From the NCBI RefSeq assembly GCF_016127575.1, contig NZ_CP066018.1, positions 720,001 through 752,000 on the forward strand: DNA of 32,000 nucleotides. The letters run 5' to 3'. A program made the position numbers and the translations under genes. This stretch comes from Cupriavidus necator (GTDB lineage Bacteria; Pseudomonadota; Gammaproteobacteria; Burkholderiales; Burkholderiaceae). Below the pieces are notes generated by a model. The model ran no database searches. It had not been told where the DNA came from and saw nothing but the letters and a program-made list of their open reading frames with translations. Positions 8,649-16,173 of this stretch are shown piece by piece; positions within the stretch are counted from its first letter, which is position 1; every line of letters begins with the position of its first letter.

Positions 8649-9383
8649 ATGTCACCTGATGCCTACCTTGAAATGGCCGAGACCGAAGCCAGCCACTGGT
8701 GGTTCCGGGGGCGGCGCGAAATCGTCGGCACGATCCTTTCCAGCCTGGCGTTGCCGCGCGACGCGTCGATCCTGGAGATCGGCGCGGGCACCGGCGGAAA
8801 CCTTGAGATGCTGTCACGGTTCGGCAACGTCAGCGCCGTGGAAATGGATGGCACCGCCCTGCGGCTGGCGCGGGAGAAGACCCTGGGAGCCTGCGACATC
8901 CGCAGTGGCAGGTGCCCCGACGACATGCCATTCCCCGAACACAGCTTCGACCTGGTCTGCCTGCTTGATTGCCTGGAACACATCGCCGACGATGCCGGGG
9001 CACTGGACTGCACCGCAAGGATGCTGAAAGCCGGCGGCGCTGCACTCATTACCGTGCCCGCCTATCAATGGCTATGGAGTTCCCACGACGTCTTCCTGCA
9101 TCACCAGCGCCGCTATGGCAAGCGGTCGCTGCATGCACTCGCCACCCGGTGCGGCATGCGCGTGGAACGGATGTCCTATTTCAACACGCTGCTGTTCCCG
9201 CTTGCGGTGGCGGCCCGCATCAGCGACCGGCTGAGCGGCAGCCGGAAGGCAACGGGAGCGGGTCTCCCGCCCCAACCCGTCAACCAGGCATTGCACCGCC
9301 TGTTCAGCACGGAACGCCATTGGCTGGCACGCGGATCGCTGCCGTTCGGCATTTCCCTGATGGCTGTCGTGCGCGCATCGTGA
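8649..9383 (+). CDS. Class I SAM-dependent methyltransferase
   Basis: Motif I ILEIGAGTGGN, an acidic post-I residue (AVEMD), and LLDCLEHI. The N-terminal E..HWWFRGRR motif is common in methyltransferases found in glycan loci. GGAGG RBS. Only 26 bp from the bEBP stop, with no hairpin between them. Confidence 0.85.
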   Translation: MSPDAYLEMAETEASHWWFRGRREIVGTILSSLALPRDASILEIGAGTGGNLEMLSRFGNVSAVEMDGTALRLAREKTLGACDIRSGRCPDDMPFPEHSFDLVCLLDCLEHIADDAGALDCTARMLKAGGAALITVPAYQWLWSSHDVFLHHQRRYGKRSLHALATRCGMRVERMSYFNTLLFPLAVAARISDRLSGSRKATGAGLPPQPVNQALHRLFSTERHWLARGSLPFGISLMAVVRAS

Positions 9384-9769
9384 GCGCCAGCATCACCACG
9401 CCCGAACTTCGCCGGGTCACGCGCTTCCTGGTATCGGGCGCCACCTCGACGGGCGTGCATGTCGCCATCACCGCGACGCTGGTCACCACCCTGGCGACCT
9501 CACCGGTCGCGGCGAACTGCGTGGCCTTCGTGTGCGCGACCGCCTGCTCCTATCTTCTCAACACCTTGTGGAGCTTCTCGTCGCGGCTGCGCAACCGGAC
9601 CCTGGGCCGCTTTGCCGGCGTATCGCTGCTTGGGCTGGGCCTGACCATGGGCATTTCCTGGACGGCGCAATATCTGGGGGCCAGCTATTGGGCTGGTTTG
9701 GCCGGCGTGGTCCTGACGGTGCCGGCCTTCAGCTACCTTGCGCACCGGGCCTGGACTTATCGGGACTAG
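9380..9769 (+). CDS. gtrA: GtrA-family small polytopic membrane protein (putative polyprenyl-P-sugar flippase)
   Basis: Frame of ORF 8969..9769. GTG at 9380 overlaps the methyltransferase stop (GTGA). About 129 aa with 4 hydrophobic segments. FLVSGATSTGVHV...YLLNTLWSF... is GtrA-like. Confidence 0.78.
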   Translation: MSASITTPELRRVTRFLVSGATSTGVHVAITATLVTTLATSPVAANCVAFVCATACSYLLNTLWSFSSRLRNRTLGRFAGVSLLGLGLTMGISWTAQYLGASYWAGLAGVVLTVPAFSYLAHRAWTYRD

Positions 9770-9799
9770 GCATCGTCCCGCGGCCAGGCCGGGCACGCA

Positions 9800-10822
9800 T
9801 CAGCGGCCACTGCTCACATGCCCGCGGTCGATCCGGATCACACGCCTTCCCGAGGCGATGAGCCTGTCCTGGCCGGTTTCCTGGTAACGGCGCCGCACCA
9901 GATAGATCGGCCGTCCCTTGGCTTCATCATAGATGCGGCCGACGTACTCGCCGACCACGCCCAACCCGATCAGCTGGATGCCTCCCAGGAACAGCAGTAC
10001 CGAAAGCAGCGACGCATAGCCAGGGACATCAATACCGAGGATCAGGGTACGTGCCACGATGAAGGTGCCGTAGCAGAACGCGCCAAGCGCAATCAGGACT
10101 CCGATGTATGTCCAGCTGCGCAGCGGGATGGTGCTGAAGCTGGTAATGCCTTCAAGCGCGAGGTTCCACAGACGCCAGCCCGAAAACTTGGAACGCCCGG
10201 CGCTGCGCGACTCGCGCTCATAGGGCACGATCACGGTCCGGTAGCCCACCCAGGCAAACAGTCCCTTCATGAAGCGCCGCCGTTCCGGCATCTGCTTGAG
10301 CGCGTTGATCACGACCCGGTCCATCAGGCGGAAGTCCCCGACGTTCACGGGAAGCTTCTGCTCGGACAGCTTGTTATGGATGCGGTAGTAGGCGCCCGCG
10401 GTCACGCGCTTGAGCCAGGAGTCGCACACGCGGCTGCTGCGCTGGGCAAGCACCACCTCTGCCCCTTCCCGCCAGCGCATGACCAGCTCAGGGATCAGTG
10501 AGGGCGGGTCCTGCAAATCAGCGTCCATGGGAATCACCGCGTCGCCAAGGGCTTCGTCGAGTCCCGCAGTCAAGGCAGCTTCCTTGCCAAAATTCCGCGT
10601 CAGGTCCACGACTCGCACCCGTGCATCCCGGCGCGAATATGCAATGAGCTTGTCCAGCGTGTCGTCCGAGCTGCCGTCGTTTACCAGCACGATCTCGAAG
10701 CGGATCGCATCGATGGATTCGAGCACTGGAATGACGCTGGCGAAGAATTTGCTGATGCTTTCGGATTCGTTGTAGCAGGGCACAACGAGGGAAAGCAGTT
10801 TGACATCGTATGGACCCGACAT
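9800..10822 (-). CDS. gtrB: GT2 polyprenyl-phosphate sugar transferase (GtrB/ArnC-like) with two C-terminal TM helices
   Basis: LSLVVPCYNE...VLVNDGSSDDT...LTRNFGKEAA...MDADLQDPP are the GT-A/DXD signatures of bactoprenol glycosyltransferases. Two C-terminal TM segments. Start taken at MSGPYDV (10822). Confidence 0.9.
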   Translation of the reverse strand: MSGPYDVKLLSLVVPCYNESESISKFFASVIPVLESIDAIRFEIVLVNDGSSDDTLDKLIAYSRRDARVRVVDLTRNFGKEAALTAGLDEALGDAVIPMDADLQDPPSLIPELVMRWREGAEVVLAQRSSRVCDSWLKRVTAGAYYRIHNKLSEQKLPVNVGDFRLMDRVVINALKQMPERRRFMKGLFAWVGYRTVIVPYERESRSAGRSKFSGWRLWNLALEGITSFSTIPLRSWTYIGVLIALGAFCYGTFIVARTLILGIDVPGYASLLSVLLFLGGIQLIGLGVVGEYVGRIYDEAKGRPIYLVRRRYQETGQDRLIASGRRVIRIDRGHVSSGR

Positions 10823-10888
10823 GATCCCCTCCCGAGACGGGGTGGCTTGTGCACACACACCGTCGTGATTGCGCTGTCATGCGCCTTG

Positions 10889-12136
10889 TTATTTACCTGG
10901 TGCGAACCGCTCCCCGGCCCGCGCCCTGCGCAGGATTGCCATCAGCAGCAACAGCGTCACCAGCGGCCCGGCAGGTGGCAGATGACCCGCCTGATTCATG
11001 CTCAGGGCAAACGGCAGCAGCCATGCCACCACCAGCAGTTCCCGCTCCCCTTTCATCCAGCCGTGCTTCACACCCTCGACTGCCAGGCCTGCGATCGCCA
11101 GTCCCACCCAGGTCAGTTCGTAGTACCAGAGGTAGGGGCTTACCATCACGGTGGACGCGGCCAGCGCGGCAATACGCAGTGCCGTCGAACTCCGGCCGCG
11201 CCAGGCTCTGACCAGCACCCAGATCGCAAACACCGCGCCCAGCCCATGGGCCAGGTACGCGACCGTCACCGACGCCCCGGCCCGGCGCATCATGGCGAAG
11301 ACGGTCGGACAATGGCGCCATCCAATCTCGCCCTGCTCAAGTACGATCTGCCTGAAGAGCGTGCCGCTTTCCAGGAACGCGGGTACGGTTTCCCATCCCC
11401 AAAGGGCAATGCTGCAGGCAGCGATCGCAGCCGCGGTTGCCGCAGCGGTAAAGAATGCCTTCCATGCGCGGTCCACCACCAATGCTACGGGGAGCAACGC
11501 CGCCAGTTGCGGCTTCACGCTCAGCAAGCCAATCAGCACGCCCGCCAGCACCGGCCGGGTTCTCAACTGGATCAGCGCCCATGCCGCCATGCCGGCCGTC
11601 AGTAACGAGTTCTGCCCGATCAAGGCGGCCTCATGGATTCCGGGAAAAGCCAGCACGGGCAGCCACACCACGTGGCGCGGCACACCGGGAAAAGCCAGGA
11701 TCCTGAGTACCGCGGTGATGTACACGACTGCCGTGCTGCCGATGAAAAGCAGATAGCTCGCTGCAAACGGCAACAAGGACAGCGGCATCACGAACAGCAG
11801 GAAGGTCGGCGGGTAGACCCATGGCAGGAAAAACTTCCCCTCGCCCCGGACTGCACCGAACGCCGCTATGACGTGCCGCAGCGTCTCGTAGTCATAGACC
11901 TTGGCAGCCTGACCCTTCATGACCAGATACGACGCACTCCAGAAGGCCGAGAAATCCACGCCAGGGCGACCCAGCGAATCCGTGGTGAAGCCCCTCGTTT
12001 TGAATGCCCATGCCACGATCAAGGCACCATAGATGATCAGCACGGCAACGCTGTAGGCCCGGAGACGCTCCAGGTCCAGCCAATGCCGCGACATCACTGA
12101 CCCCGGCGTTGCTGCCGGGCTATGGTCCAGGCTCAT
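10889..12136 (-). CDS. Polytopic membrane glycosyltransferase, GT87/DUF2029-like
   Basis: About 415 aa with >=9 hydrophobic segments. The first-loop motif GVDFSAFWSASYLVMKGQAAKVYDY resembles the DUF2029/GT87 acidic-loop signature. Lies 66 bp upstream of, and co-oriented with, the GT2 gene. Start at MSLDHS (12136). The family assignment is from memory and was not searched. Confidence 0.65.
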   Translation of the reverse strand: MSLDHSPAATPGSVMSRHWLDLERLRAYSVAVLIIYGALIVAWAFKTRGFTTDSLGRPGVDFSAFWSASYLVMKGQAAKVYDYETLRHVIAAFGAVRGEGKFFLPWVYPPTFLLFVMPLSLLPFAASYLLFIGSTAVVYITAVLRILAFPGVPRHVVWLPVLAFPGIHEAALIGQNSLLTAGMAAWALIQLRTRPVLAGVLIGLLSVKPQLAALLPVALVVDRAWKAFFTAAATAAAIAACSIALWGWETVPAFLESGTLFRQIVLEQGEIGWRHCPTVFAMMRRAGASVTVAYLAHGLGAVFAIWVLVRAWRGRSSTALRIAALAASTVMVSPYLWYYELTWVGLAIAGLAVEGVKHGWMKGERELLVVAWLLPFALSMNQAGHLPPAGPLVTLLLLMAILRRARAGERFAPGK

Positions 12137-12817
12137 CGCTCCCCATCCCCCTGATATTCTGTGGCAGCGCCGGCCTGATTTCTTCTTGGCAATGCAGCGG
12201 CGATGCATCGATGTACTGGCTCCATTCTGGTCAGGCGCCCACCGATGTACAAGCAGAACCAAGGCCTGCGCGGGGGCGCTGAAATCCGGCTCGTGCGAGC
12301 GTTTCCAAACTGAATCGCGACCCGCTTCGACCGCAATCCCGTGTGCCATTCCGGTTCTCCCGACATTGACCGGGGGCGCAGCCAGTCCGCGGCGACAGCG
12401 CGCGTTTCCCCGCTGAAACGTTCGCGTTCGGGCGGCTTACTCCCGGCGACTCATCCCGCGCGGACGCACAGCGGCGCCATTGCGCGTCGGTCTCCGCCAA
12501 ATGCACTGTGTGCCGCACGCTCCGACTCATACTTTTGGAGCAGGGATGGCCGCACGCGCGCGCTGCCTCGCATGCGGCCGCGAGCTTCAAAGAATTAAGC
12601 ACGATTCGTCGTGGAAACGGGAGCACGGGCACGTTGTCGCCATCTCGGCAACGCGCTCACCCAGGCGGCGCCCTCTCCCCGGGAAAACAAGCGCACCTGC
12701 GGCGATGGCGCGGTTATTGCGACAGCCTGGCAACTGCGCCCCCGGCGGCGCCGGGCCAGCCGCGCGCCCTTCCCGCCTGATCCGGATGGGTAACCATTAC
12801 AGCCACCGCGAGACGCC

Positions 12818-14287
12818 ATGAAAATCATCACGACCTGGGTGGAGACGACCAGCAGGGAAAGCCTGCTCCAGCAGTTCGCCACGAAGCAATGGTTCTGGCT
12901 CGCCCTCTTCGGACTCAGCCTGTTCTCGATCCTCTCATTTATCGGTGGCCGCTTGCTAGTGGATGCCGACACCCTCTGGCACATCGCCGCCGGCAAATGG
13001 ATCCTTGCCAACCACGCAGTGCCGGCGACCGATCCGTTCTCATTCTCTTTTCACGGCGCAAAATGGGTTCCGCATGAATGGCTGGCCGAAGTCATCCTTG
13101 GCGCATCCCATGCCTGGCTCGGCTGGGCCGGGCCGGTGCTGGTCACCGCGCTGGCGACTGCCGTCACGCTGACCGTACTGTTGCGGTTCCTGCTGCGCTA
13201 TATCGAACCACTGCATGCGTTCGCCGTGACACTCCTGGCCTTCCTCACGCTGGCCCAGCATCTGCTCGCCCGCCCCCATGCGCTGGCCTGGCCGCTGATG
13301 GTGATCTGGGCCGCCCACCTTGTGCTGGCGCGTGAGCAAGGCAAGCGACCCAGCCTGTGGCTGCCGGTCGTCATGCTGGCCTGGGCCAACCTGCATGGCA
13401 GCTTCCTTCTCGGTATCGGGCTGGCCGGCGCGCTGGCCGTCGAGGCCTTCCTGACTGAAGGACATCCACGCCGGAGCGCGCGGGCATGGGCACCATTCCT
13501 GGCACTGACCGTCCTGGCGGCCCTGCTGACACCGAACGGCGTGGACGGCCTGCTCTTCCCCTTCCACGTTTCCGGCATGAGTTTTTCGCTCAGCATCATC
13601 AGCGAATGGAAGTCACCGGATTTCCGCTTGATCCAGCCAATCGAGCTGTGGCTTGGCTTTGTGCTGTTCGGCGCGCTCTACTTCGGGTTCCGCCTGCCTG
13701 CAACCCGGATCCTGATGTGCTTCGGGCTGGTTCACCTTGCCCTGGCCTTCGCGCGCTATGCCGAACTGCCGGGGTTGCTGGCCCCGCTGTTGCTGATGCC
13801 CAGCGTAGGCCCCCAGCTACGCGCAGCCATCCGTCCGGAAATCAAGCCACGCCTGTCACCACGGAGTATTCGAACCATTACCGCGTTGTGCATGGCCTTG
13901 TTCATGGGCAGCATCGCCTTCCTTGCCAAAGGCATCCAGCACGACCAGAGCCGGGTACTGCCCCGTGAGGCCGTCAACGCGGCCATGGCGGCAGGTGCCG
14001 CCGGGCCGGTCTTCAACAGCTACAACTTCGGCGGCTACCTCATATTCTCCGGCATTGCGCCGCTCATCGACGGCCGCGCCGACCTCTACGGCGACGATTT
14101 CGTGCGAAGGTATATGGCAGCCTATTCTGGCGATGCCAAGGTCCTGCACGCCCTGATCCAGGAATACAAGATCCGATGGGCCGTTCTGGAGCCCTCTAGT
14201 CCTGCATCAAAGCTGATCGATGGCCTACCGGGCTGGCGAAAAGTGCATGAGGATACCAATGCCGTCGCCTATATCCGCGGACAATAG
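12818..14287 (+). CDS. Large polytopic membrane protein, putative GT-C-fold glycosyltransferase (family unassigned)
   Basis: 489 aa with ~11 hydrophobic segments plus a ~100-aa C-terminal soluble region. The first-loop acidic motif LLVDADTLWHIAAGKWI...PHEWLAE is reminiscent of GT-C first-loop Asp motifs. The coding call is firm; the function is inferred. Confidence 0.6.
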   Translation: MKIITTWVETTSRESLLQQFATKQWFWLALFGLSLFSILSFIGGRLLVDADTLWHIAAGKWILANHAVPATDPFSFSFHGAKWVPHEWLAEVILGASHAWLGWAGPVLVTALATAVTLTVLLRFLLRYIEPLHAFAVTLLAFLTLAQHLLARPHALAWPLMVIWAAHLVLAREQGKRPSLWLPVVMLAWANLHGSFLLGIGLAGALAVEAFLTEGHPRRSARAWAPFLALTVLAALLTPNGVDGLLFPFHVSGMSFSLSIISEWKSPDFRLIQPIELWLGFVLFGALYFGFRLPATRILMCFGLVHLALAFARYAELPGLLAPLLLMPSVGPQLRAAIRPEIKPRLSPRSIRTITALCMALFMGSIAFLAKGIQHDQSRVLPREAVNAAMAAGAAGPVFNSYNFGGYLIFSGIAPLIDGRADLYGDDFVRRYMAAYSGDAKVLHALIQEYKIRWAVLEPSSPASKLIDGLPGWRKVHEDTNAVAYIRGQ

Positions 14288-15222
14288 GGCCGTCACCCGC
14301 CCGCCCGTGCCCATTTCCGGCTAGCCTGCAGCGCGCGTCGCACATTGCGGCATGGCGGGCGTCCCGGCCCACCTGCGTGGCCGTGGCGGGCCACGCCATG
14401 GCACTGCATGGCTGCAGGCAGCGTTGGGCTGAGCTTCCGCGCTCATGCGATGCCCCGCTCCGCAGGGCGCATCGGATCACAGCTTATAGCGCAGCCCCTG
14501 CGGCCATCGGCAATGCGAGGTGGCTGCCTTGCCCCCCGCACCTGCCACGGCTCTCGCCCACGCGCGAACTCCAATCGCGATACACACCCAATACCCCGCA
14601 GCGCCGCCCCCCCCCGGCAGGCCGTCGACAAGACGCGAAGCCTGCGTGAACCGCATGCCTTGTCGCGCGGCTCCCCCTTCGCAAGTCGATTGCGCCCACC
14701 CCTGCGCACGCCTGCGATTGCAGCGAAGAACAGCCATCTCACATGCCATGTTTCCAACGTGAATCACGCGCCCGCGCGAGCCTGGAGCCCCCTGCACACA
14801 AGGGTTTGCAGGGAGTGTCTGTGAAACCTGCAGGCACTCTCGCGGCCCTGGCGTACTTTGCAATGTTTCGATCCGGAAACGTTGCCTCGGCAGAAGGCGT
14901 TCTCATCCGTCAGTCTGGCCGTCACCGGAAAAAAGGGAGCGAAGCAGCCAGGAGGACTACCGACTGCGACGAATGCCGATCTTCGGCGCGAACGTTGCCT
15001 CATGCTTTTGGATGAAATTGCCGCCCTCTTTCGTCAGCGCGGCCCACTTGAGCACTTCCCGCGATCTAGGACATCTGTAGCGGGGTCCGGAATGGCTTGC
15101 AAGACCCGCGTTTCCACCCAGCAACGAAGCGTGGCCGAAAAGCCGCTTGCAGGCCCGCCGAACCTGCGGCCACCGCGCATCGCTACCCGCAAACCCTTGT
15201 GGCACAACGGTTTCCGCTGGCC

Positions 15223-15237
15223 TGGCCTGGCGTTTGC
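15223..15237 (+). promoter_or_regulatory. Weak sigma-54-like element upstream of flp
   Basis: TGGCctGgcgtTTGC has correct GG-N10-GC spacing with TGGC and TTGC cores, but lacks AC at -22/-21 and has no A/T-rich or IHF tract upstream. About 415 nt from the flp ATG. Such matches can occur by chance in GC-rich DNA. Confidence 0.2.
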
Positions 15238-15612
15238 CTATGTCAGGCACGCGGCACCGCAGTCCTGACTGCCGCGATGCCGGCGCAACGTTCGCCGGCA
15301 TCAGTTCCAGAAAGATAAGGGGAGTTTCACCATGCCAGTCGCACGCCAACCTGCGATGCCACACCGGAATATCGGCCACGCTGCTGCTGCCAGGGGCACC
15401 AGCAGCGCGCAGTTCCGTTGCATGGCGCGTGCAGGCCATGTGCAGCACGCCGCGCGGTGCATGCATGCGTCGGCACAACGCCGGCTGCAGTCACGCAACC
15501 CACGCGGTGTGCACGGCGGTCCCGGCCAGTGGCCATTTCACGCCTGCGCAATCTGCGCGCCGCCCTGCTGCCGGATTTCCAAGCATTGATATCAGATGCC
15601 GTTGTTGCCCTA

Positions 15613-15636
15613 TCTGCAGTTTCAAAGTTCTGCAGT
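15613..15636 (+). promoter_or_regulatory. Two copies of TCTGCAGT spaced 16 bp apart, 28-50 nt upstream of the flp start
   Basis: TCTGCAGT at 15613-15620 and 15629-15636. The CTGCAG core is self-complementary, so the copies could be an operator pair or could fold as a 6-bp hairpin in the flp leader. Confidence 0.35.
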
Positions 15637-15663
15637 GCTTGTTCCCAACCAAAGGAGTTTGTC

Positions 15664-15852
15664 ATGCAAAACCTGACCACCATGATCAAGCAGTTCATCC
15701 GTGATGAAGACGGTGTGACCGCCATTGAATATGGCCTCATCGCCGCACTCATCGCAGTTGTCATCATCGTTTCGGTGACGCTTATTGGCACGAACCTGAA
15801 CCTCATCTTCAAATACATCGGCGATACCCTCACCAACGCCGTACCGGCCTGA
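15664..15852 (+). CDS. flp: Flp family type IVb/IVc pilin (probable major pilin)
   Basis: 62 aa: MQNLTTMIKQFIRDEDG|VTAIEYGLIAALIAVVIIV... carries the Flp G/XXXXEY processing motif and a hydrophobic core. AGGAG RBS sits 7 nt upstream. Read in the frame of ORF 15418..15852. Confidence 0.92.
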   Translation: MQNLTTMIKQFIRDEDGVTAIEYGLIAALIAVVIIVSVTLIGTNLNLIFKYIGDTLTNAVPA

Positions 15853-15866
15853 TAGCCGATCCGCAC

Positions 15867-15896
15867 GCATGGCCGCCCTGTTCCGGACGGCCATGC
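15867..15896 (+). terminator. Intercistronic stem-loop directly after flp (9-bp perfect stem, 12-nt loop, no U-tract)
   Basis: GCATGGCCG (15867-15875) and CGGCCATGC (15888-15896) are exact reverse complements. It starts 15 nt after the flp stop. Confidence 0.4.
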
Positions 15897-15944
15897 GGCA
15901 CGGACTCCCGCCCGACACGCCAACACAGACACCGGAGACGCCAA

Positions 15945-16118
15945 ATGCCGAAGCTCCTCGCCAGGTCAAAAGATTTTTTGCGCGACGACTGGGGTGTCTC
16001 CTCTATCGAATACGCATTGCTCGGCAGTCTGATCGCAATGGCAATTGTCGTTTCCGTCGCCACGCTCAGCAATGCCGTGAAAGCCATGTACGAGTTGATC
16101 GCCTCCAGGATGCCCTGA
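15945..16118 (+). CDS. flp: Second Flp-family pilin, 57 aa (not in the supplied ORF track)
   Basis: Hand translation: MPKLLARSKDFLRDDWG|VSSIEYALLGSLIAMAIVVSVATLSNAVKAMYELIASRMP*. It has the G/XXXXEY motif and hydrophobic core. GGAG sits 8 nt upstream. TGA at 16116-16118. Confidence 0.8.
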   Translation: MPKLLARSKDFLRDDWGVSSIEYALLGSLIAMAIVVSVATLSNAVKAMYELIASRMP

Positions 16119-16173
16119 TCTATCCGACCAGCGCACGCCCCGGACACAAACCAAGCTACCTTCCACTATCGCC

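Noticed and set aside
8969-9379. Upstream extension of the GtrA frame (266-aa ORF)
   Set aside because: It overlaps the methyltransferase CDS out of frame. The GtrA-like hydrophobic protein starts only at the GTG at 9380.
14846-14860. CTGGCGtactTTGCA sigma-54-like motif upstream of flp
   Set aside because: The -24/-12 spacing is two nucleotides too short.
15332-15589. 85-aa ORF preceded by a good Shine-Dalgarno (AAGGGGAG, 7-nt spacing), Cys/His/Arg-rich (…FRCM…ARCM…HACAICAPPCC…)
   Set aside because: The RBS is tempting and it could be a small metal-binding regulator of flp. However, the composition looks like GC-frame noise. Hand-counted third-position G+C (~71%) is no higher than expected for non-coding DNA here. 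No family is recognisable. It is worth a Ribo-seq look, but I cannot support it as a gene.
14345-15944. Cluster of overlapping ORFs upstream of and antisense to flp (e.g. 14345..14824, 14957..15478, 15147..15704, 15327..15944)
   Set aside because: They occupy several frames and strands over the same DNA and are Arg/Cys/His/Ala-rich with no domains. 15327..15944 is antisense to the well-supported flp1 gene.
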